IMG/VR virus record: IMGVR_UViG_3300048578_000099
Span: 1 to 33,354 of that record
Reading direction: 5' to 3' (one strand)
DNA: 33,354 nucleotides
Origin: a virus
Taxonomy: Duplodnaviria; Caudoviricetes
In this document: piece after piece, positions 9,744 to 18,330 of the stretch
Layout of the letters: every line of letters starts with the position of its first letter
How positions within the stretch are numbered: position 1 is the first letter of the stretch
The notes under the pieces: model-generated
Databases searched by the model: none
The model's input: the letters and a program-made list of their open reading frames with translations, nothing else
What the model was told of the DNA's origin: nothing
Position numbers and translations under genes: made by a program

Positions 9744-10259
9744 TTAAACTGGAAAATCACTCACATCCTCAGTCATCTGAGATGGGCAAAGAGGAGTAAT
9801 TGTAAGTTGAATAACATGTAATCCATCTACTTTTAAGTCGCGTTTCTGAGTAGCAACAACGTCCGCTGTTGGGAAAATAGTTGCATAACCGGCATCAGGA
9901 AAACACTTGATAGCCTTTTTAATTGTGACCTGTGAAGTAGGCTCTGTCCAAGTCTTCTTAGCTAGTTCTCCAACTCCAACAGTAGCAATTGTTCCTCCAA
10001 AAAAATCAACCATAGTTGAAATATCTTCAAGAACAATATTTACTTTAATTGATTTTGTTCCTTTTTTTGAAGTAACAAGAAAAGGGAAAGGAGCACCTTC
10101 TTCGCGATGTTCTTTTTTGGTAGGTTCTGTTTCCTCCATTGTTCCGGTATCCTCGTAAACCTTACCGATTTTAGTAAATGTTGGAGCAGTGCCGCCAGGT
10201 AAAAACGCTGTTCCCCATACAAGGCCTTTTAGCCCAAATGTATATTCAGGTGTTGCCAT
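9744..10259 (-). CDS. Major tail (tube) protein
   Basis: 171 aa, beta-rich, located after the tail terminator and before the chaperones. Confidence 0.7.
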   Translation of the reverse strand: MATPEYTFGLKGLVWGTAFLPGGTAPTFTKIGKVYEDTGTMEETEPTKKEHREEGAPFPFLVTSKKGTKSIKVNIVLEDISTMVDFFGGTIATVGVGELAKKTWTEPTSQVTIKKAIKCFPDAGYATIFPTADVVATQKRDLKVDGLHVIQLTITPLCPSQMTEDVSDFPV

Positions 10260-10267
10260 AATTATAA

Positions 10268-10687
10268 TTATTTGAATGTTAAGTATCTAAACTCTATTCT
10301 AAGGTTGACGTAAAATTCGCCAACCTCTTCTTCTGCAATTGGATTAGATTGATTCGTAAGCCAAGCAGTGTAGTCATCGCCTTTAAATTGTTCCAATAAC
10401 GGAACGGCAACGGTGAGTAACTCTTTAAAACGTATGTCGTTAGGGATATTTGTGATTTTGCTGCTTACTTCAAGCTTTTGCGCTGGTAAGTGAATATTAA
10501 CATTAACCGTGCATTTTTGTGCTCCTTGGCCTACGCCTGTCATAGGCAAGCAGTTAATAGCAATATCTTCTTTACCTGAATATGGCCTTACAGTTTTATA
10601 AATTGAACCCGTAATCATAGTTTTTAAGGCCGAAGTATTTATCAGCTTATAAACCACGGTTAACGCATCTAATGTTGTTTTCATCAT
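10268..10687 (-). CDS. Tail terminator/completion protein
   Basis: Size, position and motif pattern (GSIYK..RP....EDIAIN......Q...VNVNIH). Confidence 0.6.
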   Translation of the reverse strand: MMKTTLDALTVVYKLINTSALKTMITGSIYKTVRPYSGKEDIAINCLPMTGVGQGAQKCTVNVNIHLPAQKLEVSSKITNIPNDIRFKELLTVAVPLLEQFKGDDYTAWLTNQSNPIAEEEVGEFYVNLRIEFRYLTFK

Positions 10688-11109
10688 TTCAATTTACTTA
10701 ACATGCTTGGCAATATTGACTCAGCTAAATGCTCAGCCGAGCTCAATACATCATACCCTTTACTCTCAACAGCAGCAGCATAATTCATCCCTGCAACAAC
10801 TATCAAACACCAGCCGGCAGCGTTCATCTTTGATGCTGCAATACGACGACTTTCATCAGCCGCTTTAGCATCTTCGCCTTCGCCCGGATAGGCATCAAAA
10901 ACAAGCTTTCCATTTTTGAAAATTGAATAACCTATCGAGTTACGTAAAGCTACTGTCTGATCTTGATATGTATCTAAACTACGAGCATGGTTTATACATT
11001 TTTCTCCAACGTACTGAAATACTGAAAGAATCTTAGAATCCCTTCGCATCTCAAATTTTGCAATCTGAGCACGTACATCAGACATTGAGAATGTTGCATT
11101 TATACCCAT
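10684..11109 (-). CDS. HK97 gp10-like neck/tail completion protein
   Basis: YQDQT..LRNSIGY and VVAGMNYAAAVESKGYDVL motifs. Confidence 0.75.
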   Translation of the reverse strand: MGINATFSMSDVRAQIAKFEMRRDSKILSVFQYVGEKCINHARSLDTYQDQTVALRNSIGYSIFKNGKLVFDAYPGEGEDAKAADESRRIAASKMNAAGWCLIVVAGMNYAAAVESKGYDVLSSAEHLAESILPSMLSKLK

Positions 11110-11420
11110 GCTTGGCAGTTCAATTGATTGTTTACAAATCTTTTGACCTCGCCTAAAACCCGTAAATTTTCACCGTCAATTACTTTTACCATTGAGCCGG
11201 AAAGCAATGTCTCGGTGCCTTTTGGCATGTAGATAGTTGAAGCAAAAACAATTGGCGAACCATCAACAAGGTTAACCTTTGCTCCTTTTGTGTTCGACTC
11301 GTCGCGGCATTCGCCAACCTCAACCCATGATTCAGTAGGTTGTGACCAATTTCCGTCCTCATCTTGCACGCTTGGTGTATATACTTTCTTTAATAGTTTG
11401 TAAGGATATTGCTTTACCAT
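11100..11420 (-). CDS. Head closure/head-tail adaptor
   Basis: QDEDGNW motif, 106 aa, second gene after the capsid. Confidence 0.6.
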   Translation of the reverse strand: MVKQYPYKLLKKVYTPSVQDEDGNWSQPTESWVEVGECRDESNTKGAKVNLVDGSPIVFASTIYMPKGTETLLSGSMVKVIDGENLRVLGEVKRFVNNQLNCQAWV

Positions 11421-11728
11421 ATACTTGACTTATCAGTTATTTTTGGCTGTGGTTTAAGCGGATTATCTAATCCGTACTTTTCGTAAATAGCAGAAGCAAG
11501 CGTAATCATATTGCTCTTATCTGTCATACTGACTTCGTAACCTCCCTCTTTTATGTTCGCCGTAGCTAATAACAAACAATACAACCCGGCAGTAGCTAGT
11601 TCGAATTCCTTTGTCAATCCAGAATATTCACTGGCAGGTGAAATACTATAGTCAATCAAAAGTTTTTCGATTTTATCGGCATCAATTGGGTAATTAACTG
11701 AAGCTATTAACGCGGCGCTATTTGTCAT
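11414..11728 (-). CDS. Head-tail connector protein
   Basis: First gene after the capsid, with a KEGGYEVS motif. Start moved to ATG 11728 (MTNSAAL) because the longer start lies inside a hairpin. Confidence 0.6.
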   Translation of the reverse strand: MTNSAALIASVNYPIDADKIEKLLIDYSISPASEYSGLTKEFELATAGLYCLLLATANIKEGGYEVSMTDKSNMITLASAIYEKYGLDNPLKPQPKITDKSSIW

Positions 11729-11769
11729 AAAGAAGAAAATTAAGAAGGCGGAGTATTGCATCCGCCCTC
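11729..11769 (-). terminator. Hairpin/partial terminator after the major capsid gene
   Basis: Minus strand GGCGGA-N8-TCCGCC followed by TTCTTAATTTTCTTCTTT. Confidence 0.55.
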
Positions 11770-11772
11770 ATC

Positions 11773-12852
11773 TTAGAAATCAATCGTGAGCAAGAAAATA
11801 TTATCAATAGCTTCCAACGCTGGGAAAGCATTCAACTCAACAGAGGTAAACTCAGCCCAAGGATCGTTTTCAGAGTATTTGCTCAACAACGCATGGTTGT
11901 ATGTTGCATAGTTTACTTTCTCAACCGGCATCATTTGTTCAATGCAGAGAGCATTTTTAATGCTTCCAAGCTGTCCGGCAGGAATGAAAGAAACATTCGT
12001 ATCCGAGAATGGACGAATAGGACTAATAACGCCGTCTTTTTCAACGCCGATAACTTCATCAACGATCTCGATAACAGGCAAAAGATTGGCTGTTAAATAC
12101 TCATTGACTTTGTCAAGAGTTGCAATTGCAGCGCCTTTTTGAAGCTGGTTGAACGAAACAAGGCTATCGATAACCTCTTTTGCCTTAGCCATCGCCAAGA
12201 AAGCGGTATAAGACATAAGAATTTTTGCAAATCCGCGACCTTTTGACTTCGCGTCTAATACTACATTTGTAATATCAGTCAGAGGAGTAGCAGTTGCAGA
12301 GGTTGCCCATTTTACAGCCGCTTGTTTTTTGTTACCCGAAGGCATCAAAAGGTCAAGGTCGTTTTTCAAAACGATACCATCAGGGTTGTTGTCAATGTTT
12401 AAACTGATCTTACCTGTCGATACTGCTTGTAAAGCATAGATGTCAAGGCGTTTATGAGCTGAATTACCAGCTTTAAGAAGATCACCAAACATCAATTCTA
12501 ATGTTTGATTTTTCTTGATAACATCATCAACGTTCATTGACTGAATAGCCAAGTAGTTGCGATAATCATCTTCACGCATCACAAACTTTTCTTTGATAGC
12601 CTCTATATTACCTTGATATAAGGCAAGATCAGGACGCGAACGAAGAGGGGAAGGAGACGAACGGTTGACAACCGAAGCAGCAGCCTCGATTCGAGAAGCA
12701 CCAACCACTGAGGTAAAATTCAGTGTATTTTGAGTTGGTGCCCAGCCGAAATATTTTTGATACCAAGTTGGCGCAAAACGCGATAAACTTGAATCAACGA
12801 CAACCTGCAACTGTGTTGCATATGCGCCGAATACGGATTGTATTTTTGCCAT
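11773..12852 (-). CDS. Major capsid protein (HK97 fold, lambda gpE-like family)
   Basis: 359 aa. AAASVV...SPLRSR, QAVSTGKI and KWATSATATPLTDI motifs. Follows scaffold and decoration genes. Confidence 0.85.
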   Translation of the reverse strand: MAKIQSVFGAYATQLQVVVDSSLSRFAPTWYQKYFGWAPTQNTLNFTSVVGASRIEAAASVVNRSSPSPLRSRPDLALYQGNIEAIKEKFVMREDDYRNYLAIQSMNVDDVIKKNQTLELMFGDLLKAGNSAHKRLDIYALQAVSTGKISLNIDNNPDGIVLKNDLDLLMPSGNKKQAAVKWATSATATPLTDITNVVLDAKSKGRGFAKILMSYTAFLAMAKAKEVIDSLVSFNQLQKGAAIATLDKVNEYLTANLLPVIEIVDEVIGVEKDGVISPIRPFSDTNVSFIPAGQLGSIKNALCIEQMMPVEKVNYATYNHALLSKYSENDPWAEFTSVELNAFPALEAIDNIFLLTIDF

Positions 12853-12864
12853 TTCTTACTACTA

Positions 12865-13431
12865 TTAATAAGATTGTGAGAACGTGATTAAAGGCATCTT
12901 TGCCTTAATCGTTGACGGGATTGGACTGATACGGCGATCGTAAACAGTTCCGCTGATTAACACAGCTGCCGAAGCAATACCATTGCTATCAATTTCAACA
13001 TCGGCATACAGCAAGCCTTTTACGCCTGTGTACCCAGCGTCATCAATGAATATTGCATCACCAATAGCAACCGCAACACCTAAAGTGGTAGCAGTCGTAA
13101 TTACATCGTAATTAGCATTAGTGGTGTCAATTGCAGTGATCGCTTTCGCGGCAGATGCACCCGATTTAATCGAAGAACCAACCTTTAAGTTATGTCCTTT
13201 CTTTACCTGATAGGTAACATCGGTATTGGTAGCAGCAGCACTAGCAACAGCTAGTTTTGCGACTTTTGCAATACGGGTTGACTCATCGAACCCGATTGGA
13301 GTACCAGCAAGAATAACAGCACCGGCAGCAAATGCAGAGTCATCTAAGGTGAAACCACCTTGAGCTAACTCATTTACATTTTGCCAAATGACTTTGTTAT
13401 TAGTGGCACTTGTTTTTGAAGCACTTAGCAT
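12865..13431 (-). CDS. Head decoration protein
   Basis: Ala/Gly/Thr-rich 188 aa between scaffold and capsid (GGFTLD...AGTPI...KGHNLKVG). Confidence 0.65.
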   Translation of the reverse strand: MLSASKTSATNNKVIWQNVNELAQGGFTLDDSAFAAGAVILAGTPIGFDESTRIAKVAKLAVASAAATNTDVTYQVKKGHNLKVGSSIKSGASAAKAITAIDTTNANYDVITTATTLGVAVAIGDAIFIDDAGYTGVKGLLYADVEIDSNGIASAAVLISGTVYDRRISPIPSTIKAKMPLITFSQSY

Positions 13432-13442
13432 ACTTTTATTTT

Positions 13443-14114
13443 TTATTTAGTTTCGGCAACCGGAGTTTGTGCTTTAGCCCAATTTTGAATGTCGCTTTTT
13501 ACGGCATCCGCAGAAGGGTTAGCCCCGCCACCTCCGGTAAATGGCTTGCCCATTCCGCTTAATCCTTGATCTGATACTTCTTGAATTATGCCCGGTATAT
13601 CAGCTTCAAGCTCTCCCAAATAGCTGTTAAACTCCTCATCTGAGGCAAACTGCATCTTGTCAAAGTTTTTAAGAATGATGTTTTTCTGTTTCTCAGGCAC
13701 CTTTTCAAGCTTAGTAGCAAGAACGGTTTTGCGGCTTTCGCCAGTTTTTCCAGCCTTTATTGCGTTGATTTCAGCAGCTAGGTCTTCGTTTTTCTTTATT
13801 AAAACTTGCGCCCATGCCGGCGTGTCGTCCCCGCCTTTTGATTGTTCAACTGGTTTGGTTTTCGGTGTGCCATCCGGGTTTAATTCGTTTCCTCCCTGCT
13901 CTTTCAATTTCTTGTTTTCAGCAGTTAAGACAGAAACCCGCCTGTCAAATTCCGATTGTAAAGGTTTTGTGAGTGGTTCTGCGGCCTCAACAGCAGCCCC
14001 GATTTGATCCTCTGTGGTAACAGTTTTGCTTAAATATTCAGCAACCCCGTTTAGTATAGTAGCGTCTACACCGTTGTATTTCAGTTTTAACGCGTCTAAA
14101 ATCTTCTGTTTCAT
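13443..14114 (-). CDS. Capsid scaffolding protein
   Basis: MKQKILDALKLKY..., QSEFDRRV and DDTPAWA motifs, coiled coil, upstream of decoration and capsid genes. Confidence 0.7.
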   Translation of the reverse strand: MKQKILDALKLKYNGVDATILNGVAEYLSKTVTTEDQIGAAVEAAEPLTKPLQSEFDRRVSVLTAENKKLKEQGGNELNPDGTPKTKPVEQSKGGDDTPAWAQVLIKKNEDLAAEINAIKAGKTGESRKTVLATKLEKVPEKQKNIILKNFDKMQFASDEEFNSYLGELEADIPGIIQEVSDQGLSGMGKPFTGGGGANPSADAVKSDIQNWAKAQTPVAETK

Positions 14115-14146
14115 CTTCCACTAATTAGTTTGTATGACAGTGAAGA

Positions 14147-14187
14147 CAAATGTACAGAACTGCTTTTTAGTGTCATAATAGACACTA
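14147..14187 (-). promoter_or_regulatory. Scaffold/capsid operon promoter (-7 TACATTTG, 14154-14147) with operator copy 3 (14168-14187)
   Basis: TAGTGTC-ATAATA-GACACTA upstream of a consensus -7 box. Confidence 0.7.
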
Positions 14188-14239
14188 AACTATTTACTTA
14201 ACTTGGTGATTAACAGATATTAATATGTAAAATTCAAAA

Positions 14240-14325
14240 TAGTGTCCAAAATGATACATTTTTAACTAAAATATTTGTTTTATTTAATAAAACAAATATA
14301 TATTTGTGTATCATTTTGGACACTA
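14240..14325 (+). promoter_or_regulatory. Accessory island promoter (-33 TTTG 14274, -7 TATATTTG 14299-14306) flanked by operator copies 4 and 5
   Basis: 14240-14258 and 14307-14325 are exact 19-bp reverse complements. The -33/-7 spacing of 21 nt fits the Bacteroides consensus. Confidence 0.75.
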
Positions 14326-14338
14326 AAAAGAACATCAA

Positions 14339-14590
14339 ATGACAACTAACGAATTTGAAGCTTACAAAAGCGAAATAGAACTTAAGATGAATGGAATGAA
14401 AAACCATGCTATTGCTTGCAAACTTGCTGGTATTGAAAGCTTAGTTAAAGAGGGGCTTTCTGATTCACCCGCGATGGTCACTATAATAGAGCAAGAGAAA
14501 GCAAATATTAACAACCTTTTAAAAGGCGAATCTATAGAGCATTTCGGAAAATCGAAAGAATTTAAAGGTTGTCAAACAATAGGAGGTTAA
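14339..14590 (+). CDS. Hypothetical protein
   Basis: First ORF after the promoter, with an A-rich start context. Confidence 0.65.
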   Translation: MTTNEFEAYKSEIELKMNGMKNHAIACKLAGIESLVKEGLSDSPAMVTIIEQEKANINNLLKGESIEHFGKSKEFKGCQTIGG

Positions 14591-14591
14591 G

Positions 14592-15020
14592 ATGAAAACA
14601 ATAATAATTACACTATTCCTCATCTTGAGTATTTCGGCATCGGCTCAGCTTAACCCGAAAATAGCTTTCGATTATTTCCCGTATAAATCGGAAATCAGAA
14701 TGGCGAACTTCTATGCACAAAGCGGCAACGCGGCGTACATATCGCATTATAACGGCATGTTTCGGGTTCGTGTAGGTGCTGACTATTCGATAAAGAAGTT
14801 CACTATTTATTTTGACCAGAAAGTCTACATGAATAAAGCATCAGGTGTATCGTTTCGCCCTCTTCAGGCCGAGTGGTTCGCCGGATTATCTTACTCAATA
14901 ACAGCAAAAGTGAAGGTTACTTATGAACACTTGTGCATACATCCTATTCTAACCGACGGGAAAGATCAAACTAAGATATTCGGCGGTTACGATGTTATAT
15001 CAATTTCTTACGGTTATTAA
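14592..15020 (+). CDS. Signal-peptide-bearing, probable small outer-membrane beta-barrel protein
   Basis: MKTIIITLFLILSISASA|Q signal peptide, alternating aromatic beta-strands, C-terminal ISISYGY. Confidence 0.6.
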   Translation: MKTIIITLFLILSISASAQLNPKIAFDYFPYKSEIRMANFYAQSGNAAYISHYNGMFRVRVGADYSIKKFTIYFDQKVYMNKASGVSFRPLQAEWFAGLSYSITAKVKVTYEHLCIHPILTDGKDQTKIFGGYDVISISYGY

Positions 15021-15031
15021 AATTTACATAT

Positions 15032-16531
15032 ATGTTTGATTTAGAGTTTTATCCTACGCCTCCTCTCATTATTGAGATGATGACTTCCGGTCTTGATTTA
15101 ACCGGTAAAACAGTTCTTGAACCTTCGGCTGGCTCAGGCAACATCATAGATTGGTGTAAGCATTTAGGCGCTAACGTAATTGCATGCGAAACTCATAAAG
15201 ACTTACAAAGAATAGTAGCAAGTAAATGCAAACTTTTAAAACCTGACTTCTTCGAGGTTCGTAGTGAGGAGATTTCTCATATTGATTTTATAATTATGAA
15301 CCCTCCTTTTAGTAATGCTGACAAGCATATCAAACATGCATGGGATATTGCACCAGAAGGATGTGAAATAATTGCTTTGTGTAATTCGGAAACACTAAGT
15401 AATAGATATTCTCGAAATAGAGAAGTATTAGGTGAAATAATATCGAATCATGGCAACTGGCAAAATTTAGGAAATGCCTTTTCTGAAGCCGAACGCAAAA
15501 CAGACTGTAATATAGCTCTAGTTAAATTATTCAAACCAAAAATAGGTGAAAGCGAATTTGATGCTTATTTCTTCAATCTAAATGAAGATCAAGAAGATGC
15601 AATAAATGGTTCAGGCATAATGAAACACAATGATATACGCGAAATAGTAAATCGTTATGTCGGAGCTGTTAAAATGTTCGACACTGTTATTTCTGCTTCC
15701 GATGAAATTAACTCAATAATGAAACCTATAGCTGGAGGCTTGGGAATCGCTTTCGGGGCTTACCATACTTCACGCAATAATCAATTTGATACAATTACAC
15801 GCGACACCTTTAAGAAAGAACTTCAAAAATCAGCTTGGCGGTCAGTATTCAATAAAATGAATATGGATAAGTATGTTACAAGATGTGTTATGTCTGATAT
15901 TAACAAATTCGTTGAACAACAGCAGCATATACCATTCACGATGCAAAATGTGTATAAAATGATCGAGCTAATAATTGGTACGCATAGCGAACGAATGGAG
16001 CGTGTTCTCGTTGAAGCTTTCGATCATATATGTAGCCTTTCATCTGATAATAGCGAAGCAGGAGAAAAATGGAAAACAAATAGCAACTATAAGATAAACC
16101 GTAGATTTATTGATACTTATATCTGCGAATACGATGCCCGTTGGCCTAAAGAGACTGTTAAGTTACGTTCTGCACATAGGAATGATACAATAGACGACAT
16201 AGTTAAAGCACTTTGTCATCTCACGGGTAAAAGCTATGAACAAGTGATGAGACCTAATTATAAGACAGACTACGACAATGTTAGTAATACCCTTTATGCT
16301 TTTACATGCTATAAGCAGATACCATGGGGACAATGGGTGCAATGGAATGAGTTTTTTCGAGTTCGCGGCTACAAAAAAGGCACAATGCATTTCGAGTTTG
16401 TAGACGAAAATGTTTGGATGGAATTTAACAGAAGAGTATCAAAAATCAAAGGCTGGGTTTTGCCTAGAAAAACCGACACTAAGCATACCGGCAAAGAGAG
16501 AACAAGAAAAACAGGAGTTGAAGTTTATTAA
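15032..16531 (+). CDS. Amino (N6A/N4C) DNA methyltransferase with DUF4942-like C-terminal domain
   Basis: FYPTP, VLEPSAGSG (motif I) and IMNPPF (motif IV). C-terminal WKTNS.Y.IN.RFI and FF.VRGYKKGTMHFEF. Confidence 0.82.
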   Translation: MFDLEFYPTPPLIIEMMTSGLDLTGKTVLEPSAGSGNIIDWCKHLGANVIACETHKDLQRIVASKCKLLKPDFFEVRSEEISHIDFIIMNPPFSNADKHIKHAWDIAPEGCEIIALCNSETLSNRYSRNREVLGEIISNHGNWQNLGNAFSEAERKTDCNIALVKLFKPKIGESEFDAYFFNLNEDQEDAINGSGIMKHNDIREIVNRYVGAVKMFDTVISASDEINSIMKPIAGGLGIAFGAYHTSRNNQFDTITRDTFKKELQKSAWRSVFNKMNMDKYVTRCVMSDINKFVEQQQHIPFTMQNVYKMIELIIGTHSERMERVLVEAFDHICSLSSDNSEAGEKWKTNSNYKINRRFIDTYICEYDARWPKETVKLRSAHRNDTIDDIVKALCHLTGKSYEQVMRPNYKTDYDNVSNTLYAFTCYKQIPWGQWVQWNEFFRVRGYKKGTMHFEFVDENVWMEFNRRVSKIKGWVLPRKTDTKHTGKERTRKTGVEVY

Positions 16532-16541
16532 AATCAATCAA

Positions 16542-16727
16542 ATGGAACAATACTATAACGTTAAACGGTTGGCTTTAGTTTTAGCCGTACAGGCTGAAAT
16601 TGAAGCAATGAAAGCTGAAAATATAGTGCGCGAGCAAAATAACCAATCTCCTGCCTATATCGAACAATTCTACGACAAAGCGCAAGAATTAAGAGATTTA
16701 GCTTACGCGAACGACGAACAATTATAA
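16542..16727 (+). CDS. Hypothetical protein (61 aa)
   Basis: ATG 16542 just after the methyltransferase stop (shortened from track ORF 16410). Confidence 0.65.
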   Translation: MEQYYNVKRLALVLAVQAEIEAMKAENIVREQNNQSPAYIEQFYDKAQELRDLAYANDEQL

Positions 16728-16739
16728 ATCAAAATTATT

Positions 16740-17180
16740 ATGAACAAAGAAACATTAGCAGAATTGATTAACGGTAGAAGCTACCGTAACGAAATGAACA
16801 AACAAGAAGAGTTAATCGCAGAAGAAAGCGGCTTAATAGTAATATTTGGCGCAAGTGATGACCTTATCGAGTTTAGGGGTGCAATTTACGATGAAATTGA
16901 TGCCTATGATGGCACTGATTTTATTATTGCAACTCCCGGAACTGAAATTTCAGTTGATGAAAACGAAGAAACTTATCGTAAAGCTAAAGAGTTAGAAGCC
17001 GTATCTATAGAGGAAAGAAGTTCAACAAAAAAGAACAGATTTTCAGCTTTATGGTCTCCCGAAGAATTAGAGTGCTCATGGCTAATTAAGACCGATTTAC
17101 CTCACGTTTCATTTAACATTATGGAAGATGGGGAACTATATTGTCGTGGGCTTATCATTGAAGTAGCAGCCCTTTCTTAG
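16740..17180 (+). CDS. Phage hypothetical protein
   Basis: 146 aa acidic. GLIVIFGASDDLIEFRGAI.DE motif recognisable from phage early proteins. Confidence 0.75.
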   Translation: MNKETLAELINGRSYRNEMNKQEELIAEESGLIVIFGASDDLIEFRGAIYDEIDAYDGTDFIIATPGTEISVDENEETYRKAKELEAVSIEERSSTKKNRFSALWSPEELECSWLIKTDLPHVSFNIMEDGELYCRGLIIEVAALS

Positions 17181-17211
17181 GGTTACTACTAACATTTAAC
17201 ATTTAAACAAA

Positions 17212-17364
17212 ATGGATGCATTCTCAATTATTTTTATTGTATTAGGAATAATCGCAATAATTAACAACATAAATAAGTGGATTTCAGAAGGTGAGAACCA
17301 ATTATCAGAAATAATTTGGATTGTTGCTGCAATAATTTGGTGTATAAATTCACAATTACGATAG
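17212..17364 (+). CDS. Small two-TM membrane protein (50 aa)
   Basis: Hand translation: MDAFSIIFIVLGIIAIINNINKWISEGENQLSEIIWIVAAIIWCINSQLR*, with an A-rich start context. Confidence 0.6.
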   Translation: MDAFSIIFIVLGIIAIINNINKWISEGENQLSEIIWIVAAIIWCINSQLR

Positions 17365-17394
17365 AGTGTAAAAGTGGTAGACTGTTTCTTATGC

Positions 17395-17534
17395 TTACCG
17401 CTAACGTGTTGCAGCTATGCGCTGAATGGGGATTGTACCCACGAAACTTAAAACGAATAACGAAACTATGAATACAGATAAATTATCCAACGAGAACGAC
17501 AGCCCCATTTTGCGTATAGGTGCGGTTAGCAGTA
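17395..17534 (+). repeat. attC-like long imperfect inverted repeat, element 1
   Basis: CGCTAAC-GTGTT-GCAGCTATGCGCTGAATGGGG ... CCCCATTTTGCGTATAGGTGC-G-GTTAGCA (17/21 inner-arm matches). Confidence 0.7.
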
Positions 17535-17881
17535 GTGATTTTCTCAGTCTTTCTGAAAATAGATTTAGAGGGTTTTTTGAAGAGTTCGGGAACGCTGCTG
17601 AAAGGTATGAGAATAGTGAAAAGATTGTTGTTTATACGCTTAATAGAAAAATTGATAACAACTTTAATTTATCTTATCATTTAAAATTTCCACAAAAAAA
17701 AGTACAGTTCAATTTTTGGTTTGAAAAAATTAGCTACTTAAATTCAAAAGAAAGCGTAACAATTTCTTTTCATAATAGCAATGAGCCATTAGAAATGAAT
17801 AGGCTAAAAAACATATTAACAACGAATTGCTTAAATGGATTAAAATCAAAAGTAGATGAGATTTTTACCCTATACAGATAA
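17468..17881 (+). CDS. Cassette 1 hypothetical protein, with its start inside repeat element 1
   Basis: MNTDKLSNENDSPILRIGAVSSS... reads across GTTAGC (alternative start at 17426). Confidence 0.65.
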   Translation: MNTDKLSNENDSPILRIGAVSSSDFLSLSENRFRGFFEEFGNAAERYENSEKIVVYTLNRKIDNNFNLSYHLKFPQKKVQFNFWFEKISYLNSKESVTISFHNSNEPLEMNRLKNILTTNCLNGLKSKVDEIFTLYR

Positions 17882-17905
17882 TTGTCGCAGTGCGGTTTTT
17901 ACCAT

Positions 17906-18045
17906 TACTGCTAACGGTCGGCAATAAGAAATGTACGGGATTTGAAACCACTTCTTTATCCACCGACACAAACGTTCTTTAGGATTACTTAGTTTAAAAT
18001 ACGCACTACCACCCGCATATTTTTTATTGCGTGTTACCGCCAGTA
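17906..18045 (+). repeat. attC-like long imperfect inverted repeat, element 2
   Basis: TGCTAAC-GGTCG-GCAATAAGAAATGTACGGG ... CCCGCATATTTTTTATTGC-GT-GTTACCG (16/19 inner-arm matches). Confidence 0.7.
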
Positions 18046-18078
18046 CTTATTGATTATTAACATTTTAAAAACAAATAT

Positions 18079-18330
18079 ATGAAAACACGTAAAGGATGGG
18101 ATAAATCCAACTTAGATTTAAAAGACTATTTGCCAGAACCTTGTCAAATAGATGAAAGCTTGCATAACTATTTAGGCGAAATAGTTGCACCACAATACTG
18201 TTACGATGGTTTAATCCAATTAGGAGAAGCCGAACGCTCTGACGATGAAGGAATAATGTATTATATGACTTCTGTTCACATTAATGGCAAATATTTTTAT
18301 CTCGGAATATTGCCAGAGTTCCATCAGTAA
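18079..18330 (+). CDS. Cassette 2 hypothetical protein
   Basis: 83 aa with its own start. The stop abuts TATTGGCGGTAAC. Confidence 0.7.
   Translation: MKTRKGWDKSNLDLKDYLPEPCQIDESLHNYLGEIVAPQYCYDGLIQLGEAERSDDEGIMYYMTSVHINGKYFYLGILPEFHQ

Noticed and set aside
16-14007. Plus-strand ORFs over structural genes (e.g. 16-282, 748-975, 4830-5054, 9907-10158, 13657-14007)
   Set aside because: Antisense shadows of well-supported minus-strand genes, with no protein-like motifs.
16280-16292. GTTAGTAATACCC in the methyltransferase as partner of the orphan end at 17180-17193
   Set aside because: Only 7 contiguous matches, inside a coding region, with no associated inverted-repeat arm. Compatible with chance.
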